From: an uncultured Gemmatimonadales bacterium
GTDB taxonomy: Bacteria > Gemmatimonadota > Gemmatimonadetes > Longimicrobiales > RSA9
DNA: 64,000 bases
Direction: 5' to 3'
Assembly (NCBI GenBank): GCA_963798845.1
Contig: CAWCUS010000006.1
Coordinates: 480,001-544,000, forward strand
The notes under the pieces are model-generated. The model made no database searches and was not told the DNA's origin. It saw nothing but the letters and a program-made list of their open reading frames with translations. Position numbers and translations under genes: made by a program. Numbering within the stretch: the first letter of the stretch is position 1; each line of letters opens with the position of its first letter. Of the stretch, positions 30,562-40,291 are shown in pieces.

Positions 30562-31710
30562 ATGAGCGCCGAGAACGGAGTGAAGGGGTACGCGCCGACG
30601 GGGAAGGACACGGGCGTGGTGAAGTCGAAGGGGACGGCCCGGATCCCGATCGAGGACGGCGCGGCGATCGATATCAGGGAGCGGAAGCCGCAGTGGCTGA
30701 AGGTCCGCTCTCCAGGCGGGGAGAACTACCGTCGGCTGAAGACGCTGATGCGGCACCAGCGGCTGCACTCGGTGTGCGAGGAGGCCGGCTGCCCGAACAT
30801 CGGCGAGTGCTGGCAGGCGGGCACGGCCACGTTCCTGATCCTGGGCGACGTGTGCACGAGGGCGTGCAAGTACTGCGCGATCGCCCACGGCATGCCGACG
30901 GAGCTGGACGAGGACGAGCCCCGGCGGGTGGCCGAGGCGGTGTCCGAGCTGCGGCTGCGCCACGTGGTGGTCACGAGCGTGAACCGCGACGAGCTGCCGG
31001 ACGGTGGCGCCTGGATCTTCGCCGAGACGATCCGTCTCACGCGCGAAGCACGGCCCGGTTGCACCATCGAGGTGCTGACGCCCGACTTCAAGGGCGACGA
31101 GGCGGCGATCGCCACGGTCTCGCGGGCAAAGCCGGACATCTACGCCCACAACCTGGAGACCGTGGAGCGGCTGCACCCGTCGGCCCGGCCGGGCGGACGC
31201 TACTGGCGGAGCATCTCCTTCCTGGGCTACGCGAAGAAGCTGGACCCGGACATGCTGACCAAGTCCGGCATCATGGTGGGGCTGGGGGAGACGCAGGAGG
31301 AGATCCGGCAGTCGATGGCGGACCTGCGCAAGGCGAGCGTGGACATCATGACCATCGGCCAGTACCTGCGCCCCTCGGAGCACCATGCGCCCGTGGCCCG
31401 CTGGGTCACGCCCGAGGAGTTCCGGATGTGGAAGCGGATCGGGGAGGAGGAGCTGGGCTTCAGGCACGTGGAGGCCGGCGCGCTGGTGCGCTCCAGCTAC
31501 CACGCCGAGACGCAGGCGCGCACCGTGGGCGCGGGCGGAGTGGGCGAGATCACGGAAGTGCTGGAGAAGGACGAGGCGGCGCCGGGCGAGCTGTCGCCCG
31601 ATGAGCTGGCGGCGCGCCGCGCTGCGGGCGGGTCTCTGGAGCACGGGCTGCGCGCGTCTGGCGCGAACGGTGCGGCCCCCGCTCTGGTGCAGATCGAAGG
31701 TCGGAGCTAG
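30562..31710 (+). CDS. lipA: Lipoyl synthase
   Basis: [26 protein letters not shown] and RSSYHA. Confidence 0.97.
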   Translation: MSAENGVKGYAPTGKDTGVVKSKGTARIPIEDGAAIDIRERKPQWLKVRSPGGENYRRLKTLMRHQRLHSVCEEAGCPNIGECWQAGTATFLILGDVCTRACKYCAIAHGMPTELDEDEPRRVAEAVSELRLRHVVVTSVNRDELPDGGAWIFAETIRLTREARPGCTIEVLTPDFKGDEAAIATVSRAKPDIYAHNLETVERLHPSARPGGRYWRSISFLGYAKKLDPDMLTKSGIMVGLGETQEEIRQSMADLRKASVDIMTIGQYLRPSEHHAPVARWVTPEEFRMWKRIGEEELGFRHVEAGALVRSSYHAETQARTVGAGGVGEITEVLEKDEAAPGELSPDELAARRAAGGSLEHGLRASGANGAAPALVQIEGRS

Positions 31711-31769
31711 TAGGCGGAACCCCCTCCGCCGCGGGCGCCTGCCGGCCGCGGAGGTCACCAGGGATGCGG

Positions 31770-32864
31770 ATGGCAGAGAAAACGAACAACCGGAAGCGCT
31801 CGCGCGACGACGGGGCGGCGGCCACGGTGCCGGCCGCGGACCTGGAAGCGCTGGAGCGCTACGACCGCGAGGAGCTGCACCGCATGCTGCGGCTCATGCT
31901 CCTGGGGCGCCGCTTCGAGGAGAAGGCGGCGGAGGCCTACGCGCTCGGCAGGATCGGCGGCTTCTGCCACCTCTACATCGGGCAGGAGGCCGTCGCCACC
32001 GGCGCCCTCACGCCGCTGCGCGACGACGACTACGTCATCGGCGCCTACCGCGACCACGTCCAGGCCCTGGTCAAGGGGCTCACTCCGCGGCAGGTGATGG
32101 CGGAGCTGTACGGCCGCGTGGACGGCTGCTCGACGGGGAAGGGCGGCTCGATGCACATGTTCAGCCGCGAGAAGAACTTCATGGGCGGCTGGGGCATCGT
32201 GGGCGGCCAGATCCCGCTCGCCGCAGGGATCGGCTGGAAGATCCGGTACTCGGACGAGGACCGCGTCGTCGTCTGCTTCTTCGGCGAGGCCGCCGTGAAC
32301 CAGGGCGCGTTCCACGAGGCCATGAACATGGCGGCGCTCTGGCAGCTCCCGGTGATCTACATCGTGGAGAACAACCGCTTCGGGATGGGCACCGCGTGGG
32401 AGCGCGTGGCGTCGCTCTACGACATCGCGCAGAAGGCGTGCGCCTACGCCATGCCGTCGGTGGTCGCGAACGGCATGGACGTCCTGGAGATGCGGCAGAC
32501 CGTCGAGCACGCCATCGACCGGGCGCGGGAGAACGGCACGCCCACGCTCATCGAGGCCCAGTGCTACCGCTTCATGGGACACTCCATGTCCGACCCGGTC
32601 CACGGCGTCTACCGGACCAGGGAGGACGTGGAGAAGGCGAAGGAGACGGACCCGATCAAGCGCTACATCGACGTGCTCAGGGAAGGCGAACAGATCACGG
32701 ACGACGAGCTCCACGCCATGGACGCCGAAGTCCAGAAGGAAGTGGCCGACGCCGCCGAGTTCGCCGAACACTCTCCGGAGCCGGGCGACGACGCCCTTTA
32801 CGAGCACGTCTACGCGGACGACGACGTCGCCGGCCGGCTGTATTTCGACGGCCGTCAGCCGTAG
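31770..32864 (+). CDS. pdhA: Pyruvate dehydrogenase E1 alpha
   Basis: GFCHLYIGQEA, GKGGSMH, TPP motif FGEAAVNQG...ENN and YRFMGHSMSDP. Confidence 0.96.
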   Translation: MAEKTNNRKRSRDDGAAATVPAADLEALERYDREELHRMLRLMLLGRRFEEKAAEAYALGRIGGFCHLYIGQEAVATGALTPLRDDDYVIGAYRDHVQALVKGLTPRQVMAELYGRVDGCSTGKGGSMHMFSREKNFMGGWGIVGGQIPLAAGIGWKIRYSDEDRVVVCFFGEAAVNQGAFHEAMNMAALWQLPVIYIVENNRFGMGTAWERVASLYDIAQKACAYAMPSVVANGMDVLEMRQTVEHAIDRARENGTPTLIEAQCYRFMGHSMSDPVHGVYRTREDVEKAKETDPIKRYIDVLREGEQITDDELHAMDAEVQKEVADAAEFAEHSPEPGDDALYEHVYADDDVAGRLYFDGRQP

Positions 32865-32967
32865 CGCGGCGGCCGCAGCGCGCGTCCCGCGACGCCGCGC
32901 CGGCGCCGCGCGGTGCGTCCCGCGGCGCGCAGGGCCGCGAGGCCGCAGGACCGAACGAGAGAGCTGA

Positions 32968-33954
32968 ATGGCACAGATCACCTACCGCGAGGCCCTCAAC
33001 CAGGCGCTCGCCGAAGAGATGGAACGCGACCCCGACGTCTTCCTCATGGGCGAGGAAGTCGGGCTCTACAACGGCGCCTACAAGGTATCGAAGGGGCTGC
33101 TGGACCGGTTCGGGGAGAAGCGCGTGGTGGACACGCCCATCACGGAGCTCGGCTTCGCCGGCCTGGGCGTGGGCGCGGCCATGGCCGGGCTGCGGCCGGT
33201 GATCGAGTTCATGACCTTCAACTTCGCCATGCTGGCGGAGGACCAGATCTTCAACAGCGCCGCCAAGATGCTGTACATGAGCGGCGGCCAGTTCAACTGC
33301 CCGATCGTGTTCCGCGGCCCGACCGGGGCGGCGCTGCAGCTGAGCGCGCAGCACTCGCAGGCGCTGGAGCCCACGTACGCGTACTTCCCCGGCCTCAAGG
33401 TGGTGACGCCCGGCACGCCGGCGGACGCGAAGGGGCTGCTCAAGGCCTCGATCCGCGACGACGACCCCGTCGCCTTCTTCGAAGGGGAGATGCTGTACGC
33501 GTTGAAGGGAGAGGTGCCGGACGACGACGATTTCGTCATCCCGCTGGGGCAGGCCGAGGTGAAGCACGAGGGAGACGACGTGACGATCATCACCCACGGC
33601 AAGATGATCCACGTCGCGCTCCAGGCCGCGGCGGACCTGGCCACGGACGGCGTGGGCGCCGAAGTCGTGGACCTGCGCACCCTCCGGCCGCTGGACGTGG
33701 ACACCATCGCCCGCTCCGTCCAGAAGACGAACCGCGCGGTCTACCTCGAGGAGGGGTGGGCGTTCGCGGGGATCGCGAACAGCGTGATCGGGATCATCCA
33801 GGAGGAGCTGTTCGACTACCTGGACGCGCCCGTGCTGCGGGTCGGGCAGGCGGACGTGCCGATGCCGTACGCGAAGCGGCTGGAGAAGCTGGCCAAGCCG
33901 TCGAAGGAGCGGGTGGTGGAGGCGTGTAATCGCGTGATGTACAGGAAGGTGTAG
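32968..33954 (+). CDS. pdhB: Pyruvate dehydrogenase E1 beta
   Basis: ITYREALNQA, DTPITE, EFMTFNF and AQHSQ. Confidence 0.96.
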   Translation: MAQITYREALNQALAEEMERDPDVFLMGEEVGLYNGAYKVSKGLLDRFGEKRVVDTPITELGFAGLGVGAAMAGLRPVIEFMTFNFAMLAEDQIFNSAAKMLYMSGGQFNCPIVFRGPTGAALQLSAQHSQALEPTYAYFPGLKVVTPGTPADAKGLLKASIRDDDPVAFFEGEMLYALKGEVPDDDDFVIPLGQAEVKHEGDDVTIITHGKMIHVALQAAADLATDGVGAEVVDLRTLRPLDVDTIARSVQKTNRAVYLEEGWAFAGIANSVIGIIQEELFDYLDAPVLRVGQADVPMPYAKRLEKLAKPSKERVVEACNRVMYRKV

Positions 33955-33960
33955 GGGGGG

Positions 33961-34107
33961 GCGCTCGCGCTGCGCGCTCGCTGTCGGTCGCTCGCTGCGC
34001 TCGCTGTCGATCGCTCGCTCCGCTCGCTTTCGATCGCCGCGCTTCGCGCGAGGCTTTCGATCGCTCGCTGCGCGCTCGCTTTCGATCGCTCGCTACGCTC
34101 GCTTTCG
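33961..34107. repeat. Degenerate GCTCGCT/TTTCGATC intergenic repeat
   Basis: Repeated blocks such as CGCTCGCTTTCGATCGCTCGCT between pdhB and pdhC, with strong strand asymmetry. Confidence 0.75.
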
Positions 34108-34185
34108 GAACTGCGGGCGGGGCGGGGCGGGCGGGGCACGGGGACGGGGAGTTGCGGGGCAGACGCCATTTCGCGGGGAGGATAG

Positions 34186-35646
34186 ATGGCCACGAAAGTC
34201 CACATGGAGGCGCTGTCCCCGACCATGGAGGAGGGGCAGCTGGTCCGCTGGCTGAAGGGCGAGGGTGACGAGGTCGCCGACGGGGACGTGCTCGCCGAGA
34301 TCGAGACGGACAAGGCCACCATGGAGCTCGTGGCCCGGGGCTCGGGCGTGCTGCGCAAGCGCATCCTCGCGGAGGGGGACACCGCGCCCGTCGGCACCGT
34401 GATCGGCGTGATCGCGGCGGCGGACGAGGACATCTCCGGGATCGTGGACGAGCCGGCGGAGACGCGGAAGGCGGCCCGTGCCGCGGAAGGCGCCGAGGAG
34501 GAGGCGAAGGCCGAGGCGGAGGCGGAGACGGGGGCCGGGGCGGCCGCGGGCTCGTCGGGTGGATCGGAGACGGCCGAGCCCGCGGTAGTGGAGGCGAAAG
34601 GCGCCGGCCCCGTAGCGGAGGCGAAAGGCGCCGGCGCGGAAGCGGAGGCGAAAGGCGCCGGCGCGGAAGCGGGCGCGTCGCGGGGCGGGAACGGCCGCGT
34701 GAAGGCGTCTCCGCTGGCCCGGCGTCTTGCCGACGAGGCGGGGCTGGAGCTGGCGCGGGTCGAGGGGTCCGGCCCTGGCGGCCGCATCACCAGGCGGGAC
34801 ATCGAGGCGGCGCTCGAGCACGGAGTCGCGGCCTCGCCCGCGGCAGCCGGGGCGGGTGCGGGCGGCGGGGCGGAGGGGGGCGGCGGCGGAGCGGCCGTCG
34901 GGGCAGGGGGCGCCGCGGGCACGGCCGGCCGGTTCGCGCAGCCGGTGTACCAGGGGCCGGAGGTGGAGGAAGTCCCGGTCACCCAGATGCGGAAGACCAT
35001 CGCCAGGCGGCTGGTCACGAGCATCGGCCCCGTCCCGACGTTCTACCTGACCGTGGACGTGGACATGACGCGCATGATGGAAGCGCGCGAGCGGATGAAC
35101 GCGGCACTGGAGGAGCAGGGGCTCAAGGTCAGCGTGAACGACCTGCTCATCAAGGCGACGGCGCTCGCGCTCAAGCGGCATCCGGAAGTCAACGCCGCCT
35201 GGCACGACGACCACATCAAGCGCTACCACCGCGTCCACATGGGCGTGGCGGTGGCCGTGGAGGCCGGCCTGATCACCCCCGTGGTGCGCGATGCCGACCT
35301 GAAGGGCGCCGCGCAGATCGGTGCGGAGGTGCGCCAGATGGCGGCCCGGGCAAGGGAGCGGAAGCTCCAGCCGGAAGAGTACACGGGCGCCACCTTCTCC
35401 ATCTCGAACCTCGGCATGTTCGGGATCGAGGAGTTCACGGCCATCATCAACCCGCCCGAGGCCGCCATCCTGGCGGTCGGGAAGGTGGAGGAGCGGGTGG
35501 TGGTGGAGGACGGCGAGGCGATGATCGCCCCGCGGATGAAGATGACGATGAGCTGCGACCACCGCGTGGTGGACGGCGCCACCGGAGCGCGCTTTCTCCA
35601 GACGCTGACCGGGTTCCTGGAGGAGCCGGCCATGGTGCTGGCGTAG
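34186..35646 (+). CDS. pdhC: Pyruvate dehydrogenase E2 dihydrolipoamide acetyltransferase
   Basis: Lipoyl motif EIETDKA, E3-binding ASPLARRLA...GSGPGGRI, and catalytic DHRVVDG. Confidence 0.96.
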   Translation: MATKVHMEALSPTMEEGQLVRWLKGEGDEVADGDVLAEIETDKATMELVARGSGVLRKRILAEGDTAPVGTVIGVIAAADEDISGIVDEPAETRKAARAAEGAEEEAKAEAEAETGAGAAAGSSGGSETAEPAVVEAKGAGPVAEAKGAGAEAEAKGAGAEAGASRGGNGRVKASPLARRLADEAGLELARVEGSGPGGRITRRDIEAALEHGVAASPAAAGAGAGGGAEGGGGGAAVGAGGAAGTAGRFAQPVYQGPEVEEVPVTQMRKTIARRLVTSIGPVPTFYLTVDVDMTRMMEARERMNAALEEQGLKVSVNDLLIKATALALKRHPEVNAAWHDDHIKRYHRVHMGVAVAVEAGLITPVVRDADLKGAAQIGAEVRQMAARARERKLQPEEYTGATFSISNLGMFGIEEFTAIINPPEAAILAVGKVEERVVVEDGEAMIAPRMKMTMSCDHRVVDGATGARFLQTLTGFLEEPAMVLA

Positions 35647-35756
35647 GGCGGCCATGGTGCTGGCGCAGGGTGGCGATGGTGCTGGCCCGAAGCGGCGATG
35701 GTGCTGGCCCAGGGTGGCGATGGTGCTGGCCCAGGGCGGCACCGGTGCTGGCCCAG
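35625..35756. repeat. 22-bp tandem repeat, 6 copies, starting in the last codons of pdhC
   Basis: Core ATGGTGCTGGC at 35632, 35654, 35676, 35698 and 35720, with a degenerate copy at 35742. Confidence 0.9.
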
Positions 35757-35793
35757 GGGCCGTCCGATCCGGCGCGCGCGCGCGGACGTGCGG

Positions 35794-35822
35794 TGGACCT
35801 TGACAGCGGCGGCGCATAGAAT
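35794..35822 (+). promoter_or_regulatory. Possible sigma70-type promoter for lpdA
   Basis: TGGACC-N17-TAGAAT about 45 bp upstream of the lpdA start. Confidence 0.35.
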
Positions 35823-35866
35823 CGGTGCAGGGCGTTTGGGGCGAGTCAACGAACCGGCGAGGCATA

Positions 35867-37300
35867 GTGGCGGAACAGTACAATGTGGTGGTGATCGGCG
35901 GCGGTCCGGGCGGCTACGTCGCGGCGATCCGGGCGGCGCAGCTCGGGATGAAGGTGGCGTGCGTGGAGGCGCAGAAGCTGGGCGGGGTGTGCAACAACTG
36001 GGGGTGCATCCCGACCAAGGCCATGCTCGAGAGCGCCCGGTACGCGAAGAAGGTGGGCGAGCTGGGCGATTTCGGCATCACTGTGGGTGACGTCAAGCTG
36101 GACATCGGCGTTGCGGCCACGCGGGCGGCGGAGGTGGCGGGGCAGGGGGCGAAGGGGACGGCCTACCTGTTCAAGAAGAACGGTGTGGAGCACATCGCCG
36201 GCTGGGGCCGGATCGTCGGCAGGGGGCAGGTGGAGGTCTCGCCCGGGAAGAACGCGGGCCACGGCGACGAAGCGCCGGAGTCGAAGGGGGAGAAGAAGAC
36301 GCTCCAGGCGAAGAACATCATCGTCGCCACGGGGTCGCGGCCGAAGTCGCTGCCCATGCTGAAGATCGACGGCGACCGGGTGTGGAGCAGCGACCACGCG
36401 GTGTACGCGCCGGAAGCGCCCAGGTCCATCGGGATCATCGGGGCGGGCGCCATCGGGATGGAGTTCGCCGACGTGTTCGCCTCGTTCGGCTCGGACGTGA
36501 CGATCATCGAAGCGCTGGACCGCATCCTCCCGCTGGAGGACGAGGAGTCGTCGAAGGCGGTGGCGCGGGCGTACAGGAAGCGCGGCATCACGCTCATGGA
36601 GGGCGCGCGGCTGGAGAAGGCCGAGGTCATGAAGACCAAGGTCAAGCTGTCGGTGAAGACGAAGAAGGGCGAGACCGAGCAGGTGGACGTGGAGCGGGTG
36701 CTGGTGGCCGTGGGGCGCGCCCCGATCACGGACGACATCGGGCTCGAGAAGGCCGGCGTGGAGCTGGAGAACGGCTTCGTCAGGATCGACTCGAAGATGC
36801 GGACGAACGTCGAGGGGATCTACGCCATCGGCGACTGCGCGGGACCGCCGCTGCTGGCGCACAAGGCGTCGCACGAGGGGATCGCGGCCGTCGAGGGCAT
36901 GGCCGGCGACGAGCACGCGGGCGTCGACTACGGCAACATCCCGGCGGTGACGTACTGCCACCCGGAAGTGGCCTCGTGCGGGATGACGGAAGCGCAGGCG
37001 AAGGAGGCGGGGCACGAGATCGACGTGGGCAGGTTCCCGTTCAGCGCCAACGGCCGCGCGCGCACGGCGGGGGAGACGGACGGGTTCGTGAAGATCATCC
37101 GGGACCGCAAGTACGGCGAGGTGCTTGGCGCCCACATCGTCGGGCCGCACGCCAGCGAGCTGATCGGCGAGCTGATCGTGGGGCGGCACCTGGAGACCAC
37201 GGCGGAGGAGATGGACCGGGCCATGCATCCCCATCCGACACTGTCGGAGGCGATCGCCGAGGCCGCGCTGGCCTCCCTGGGACACGCGCTCCACATCTGA
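35867..37300 (+). CDS. lpdA: Dihydrolipoyl dehydrogenase (E3)
   Basis: GGGPGGY, GGVCNNWGCIPTK disulfide motif, GAGAIG and HPTLSE. Confidence 0.97.
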   Translation: MAEQYNVVVIGGGPGGYVAAIRAAQLGMKVACVEAQKLGGVCNNWGCIPTKAMLESARYAKKVGELGDFGITVGDVKLDIGVAATRAAEVAGQGAKGTAYLFKKNGVEHIAGWGRIVGRGQVEVSPGKNAGHGDEAPESKGEKKTLQAKNIIVATGSRPKSLPMLKIDGDRVWSSDHAVYAPEAPRSIGIIGAGAIGMEFADVFASFGSDVTIIEALDRILPLEDEESSKAVARAYRKRGITLMEGARLEKAEVMKTKVKLSVKTKKGETEQVDVERVLVAVGRAPITDDIGLEKAGVELENGFVRIDSKMRTNVEGIYAIGDCAGPPLLAHKASHEGIAAVEGMAGDEHAGVDYGNIPAVTYCHPEVASCGMTEAQAKEAGHEIDVGRFPFSANGRARTAGETDGFVKIIRDRKYGEVLGAHIVGPHASELIGELIVGRHLETTAEEMDRAMHPHPTLSEAIAEAALASLGHALHI

Positions 37301-37317
37301 TGCGAAAGGAAGATGGC

Positions 37318-37872
37318 ATGCACGGTCACCGGCGACCCCTCGTGGGCACGGTCCTCTCGATCCTGGCCCTGTCCGCCGCCGCCGGCCTGGCCGGGTGCGG
37401 CGACAACAACCCAACGGAGCTGCAGATCCAGCCGGAGATGGTGGGGATCTACAGCCTCACCGCGCTCCGCTTCGATCCGCAGGGGTCGGCGCCGGAGGGG
37501 AACGTTCTGCCGCTGATCCAGGGCTCGCAGCCGCAGCTGGTGATCTCCCAGACGGGGGTGTTCCAGATCGCGTTCGTGGACCCGAACACGCACCTCATCC
37601 GGACCGCCAGCGGCAACGTGTCGCGCACGGGGAACGGGCTGCGGCTGGTGTTCGGAAGCCAGACCGCCGCAGACGAGCTCCTGCTGCCGCATCGGCTCGA
37701 GCTGACCTGGGACGCGGGCGCGAGCACGCTCACCTTCACCGGCCTGGCGGACGTCTCGCGCGCGCGCCTGCTCGAGCTGTTCCCGGATCTCTACGCCGAC
37801 GAGCAGCTGTTCGATCCGGTGCCGGGGACGCTCACCGTGGCGTTCCAGAAACGGTCGGACTCGGGGCTGTAG
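37318..37872 (+). CDS. Hypothetical lipoprotein (beta-rich, lipocalin-like?)
   Basis: Signal peptide with lipobox LAG-C, MVGIYSLT motif near the N-terminus, and an SD-like AAGGAAG upstream. Confidence 0.7.
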   Translation: MHGHRRPLVGTVLSILALSAAAGLAGCGDNNPTELQIQPEMVGIYSLTALRFDPQGSAPEGNVLPLIQGSQPQLVISQTGVFQIAFVDPNTHLIRTASGNVSRTGNGLRLVFGSQTAADELLLPHRLELTWDAGASTLTFTGLADVSRARLLELFPDLYADEQLFDPVPGTLTVAFQKRSDSGL

Positions 37873-37888
37873 CAGCCGGGAGGCGGCA

Positions 37889-38950
37889 CTACCGGGAGCG
37901 CGTCCGGGGCGCGAGCACGATGCTCCCCGCCTTCCCCTCGAACAGCGCGCCGATCACGGCGGGCGAGGCCGGACCACGGGTCAGCTCCGCGACCAGCGCG
38001 GCGGCCCCGCGGGCCGGCAGGGCGATGAGAAGGCCGCCCGACGTCTGGGCGTCCGTGAGGAGCGTGCGCGTGGTGCCGTCCGTGTCGCCCCAGTCGACGT
38101 GCGCGTCGACATCGGCCTGGTTCCGCCCGGTGCCGGCGGGTACGTGACCGGCCTCCACGAGGGGGCGGACGCCGGGGAGGAGCGGCACCGCGCCGGGGTC
38201 GATGCGCGCCGCCAGGCCGCTGGCGAGCGCCAGCTCGCGCAGGTGGCCGAGGAGCCCGAAGCCCGAGACGTCGGTGCACGCGTGCACGTCGTGGCGCCGC
38301 ATGGCGTCGGCGGCGCGTCGGTTGAGCGCGCTCATGCTGGCGACGGCGGCGTCCAGCACGCCGGGCGGCGCCGCCCCCGCCTTCACCGCCGTCCCGACGA
38401 TCCCGGTGCCCAGCGGCTTGGTCAGCACCAGGACGTCTCCCGCGCGCGCCGTCGAGTTCCGCACCACCGCGTCCGGCGCCACCTCCCCCACCACGCACAG
38501 CCCGTACTTGGGCTCCGGGTCGTCGATCGAATGGCCGCCCAGCACGGCCGCGCCCGCTTCCCGGACGACGGCACCGCCTCCCTCCAGGATCCGCTCCAGG
38601 ATCCCCTCCCCCAGGAGCGCCCGGGGGAACGCCACCAGGTTCAGCGCCAGCAGCGGCTTCCCGCCCATGGCGTAGACGTCCGACAGCGCGTTCGCCGCGG
38701 CGATCCGGCCGAAGTCGTACGGATCGTCCACGATGGGCGTGAAGAAATCCGCGGTCACGACCAGGGCGCGGCCCTCGTCGAGACGGTAGACGGCGGCATC
38801 GTCGGCGGTGGTCGCGTCCACCAGCACCGCCGGGTCGTCCACCGGGAGGAATCGACGCAGCACGTGCGCCAGCTCGGCAGAGCCGAGCTTGCACGCTCAG
38901 CCGGCGCCGTGGCTCAGCGCAGTCAGCCGCACGATCTCGTGACTTGACAT
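37889..38950 (-). CDS. selD: Selenide, water dikinase (selenophosphate synthetase), selenocysteine-containing
   Basis: MSSHEIVRLTALSHGAG-UGA-ACKLG is in frame with DDAAVY, DFFTPIVDDP, ANALSDVYAMGG, TDVSGFGLLGH and DAQTSGGLL. The UGA at 38897-38899 is codon 18. Confidence 0.95.
38863..38895 (-). promoter_or_regulatory. SECIS-like hairpin immediately 3' of the selD UGA
   Basis: mRNA reads UGA G CGUGC A AGCUCGGC UCU GCCGAGCU GGC GCACG: an 8-bp upper stem and a 5-bp lower stem. Confidence 0.65.
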
Positions 38951-39041
38951 GCGTGATGGTAGGGCGGCTGCCGGCGCCTCGAAAGGGCGCCCGCCGGGAA
39001 CGGATGTTGCCCCTCTGGACGGCCCAGCAAAGGAGGCGACG

Positions 39042-39389
39042 ATGAAGGACCCCGATATGCCGGAATTCACCAACGCCGAGGGCCTTTCCCTGGCGCTGAA
39101 CTACCTGCACGATCCCTCCGACGTCCCCTGTCCCGCGTGCGGGCCGGGGACCATGGAGGTCATCGCCTATCTGGACGCCGACCGCATCGAGGACGGCGTG
39201 GTGAGCGCGGCCGAGCCGGACGGCGACTACACCGTGGTCCTGTACTGCCACGACTGCAAGCGCGCCGCGGCGCTCGACCTGAGTCCGGGCTCCACCGGAG
39301 GCGGCGGACCGGGAGGGTTGCCGGGCGGCGGCGGGCCATCCGGCGGCCCGGCCGGGAGCGGCGGCGGCGAGGACCGGCGCGCGGCCTGA
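39042..39389 (+). CDS. Small hypothetical zinc-ribbon protein with Gly-rich tail
   Basis: Strong SD AAGGAGG; CPACG...YCHDC Cys pairs. Confidence 0.7.
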   Translation: MKDPDMPEFTNAEGLSLALNYLHDPSDVPCPACGPGTMEVIAYLDADRIEDGVVSAAEPDGDYTVVLYCHDCKRAAALDLSPGSTGGGGPGGLPGGGGPSGGPAGSGGGEDRRAA

Positions 39390-39466
39390 CGGCCGTCCCG
39401 CGGCTCCGCCCGGGCGCGGCCCGTCGCACGTTGCCCGGGTGGACGGGGGCGGCTTAGGTTGACGCC

Positions 39467-40291
39467 ATGAGCATGAGCCCCAGACTCAGGCTGGCCGACC
39501 TGGTCTCCCGCCCCGAGCCGCAGATCGACCTGGCGGTGGGCGCGCTCCTGATCGCCACGGAGGAGTATCCGCAGCTGCGGATCGCGCCCTACCTGAGGCG
39601 GCTGGACCTGCTGGCGCAGCGGGTGCAGGACCGGCTGGGCGGGGAGAGCGCGCCGCCGGTCGTGCTGCAGGAGCTGTGCGCAGTGCTGTTCGAGGAGGAG
39701 AGCTTCGCCGGGAACGCGGACGCGTACTACGACCCGCGCAACTCGTTCCTGAACGACGTCCTGGATCGGCGGCTGGGCATCCCGATCACGCTGGGCATCG
39801 TGATGCTGGAAGTCGGGCGACGGCTGCGGCTGCCGCTGGTGGGGATCAATTTCCCGGGACACTTCCTGGTCCGCTACGAGGGGGAGGTGGCGCGTCTGCT
39901 GGTGGACCCGTTCGACTCGGGGCGCGTGCGCTGGGAGGACGAGGGGCAGGACCTCCTGGACCGGGTGTACGGGGGGATGGTGACCATGCGGCCGGAGTTC
40001 CTGCAGCCGGCGACCAAGGTGGACATCCTCGCGCGCGTGCTCACCAACCTGAAGGGCATCTACCTGAACAGCCGCGACGACCCGCGGGCGCTGGCGGCCG
40101 TCGACCGCATCCTCATGCTGCGCCCGGGTGCCGCGGTGGAGCTGCGGGACCGGGGGCTGCTCCTCGCCCGCACCGGCCGCCGGGACGAGGCGGTCGCGGA
40201 CCTGGAGCGCTACCTCGACAACGCGCCATCGGCGCCCGACGCGCAGCGCGTGCGCTCCCTCATCTCGGACCTGTCGCGTCCGCACCCGTGA
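39467..40291 (+). CDS. SirB1 family (transglutaminase-like plus TPR) protein
   Basis: YYDPRNSFLNDVLDRRLGIPITL, NFPGHFLV, DPF and ELRDRGL. Confidence 0.9.
   Translation: MSMSPRLRLADLVSRPEPQIDLAVGALLIATEEYPQLRIAPYLRRLDLLAQRVQDRLGGESAPPVVLQELCAVLFEEESFAGNADAYYDPRNSFLNDVLDRRLGIPITLGIVMLEVGRRLRLPLVGINFPGHFLVRYEGEVARLLVDPFDSGRVRWEDEGQDLLDRVYGGMVTMRPEFLQPATKVDILARVLTNLKGIYLNSRDDPRALAAVDRILMLRPGAAVELRDRGLLLARTGRRDEAVADLERYLDNAPSAPDAQRVRSLISDLSRPHP

Noticed and set aside
35625..35756. CRISPR or mini-array
   Set aside because: This is a pure 22-bp tandem repeat with no spacers.
38897..38899. selD as a pseudogene with a premature stop
   Set aside because: The UGA sits exactly at the catalytic Cys/Sec position and is followed by a hairpin, so recoding is the better explanation.
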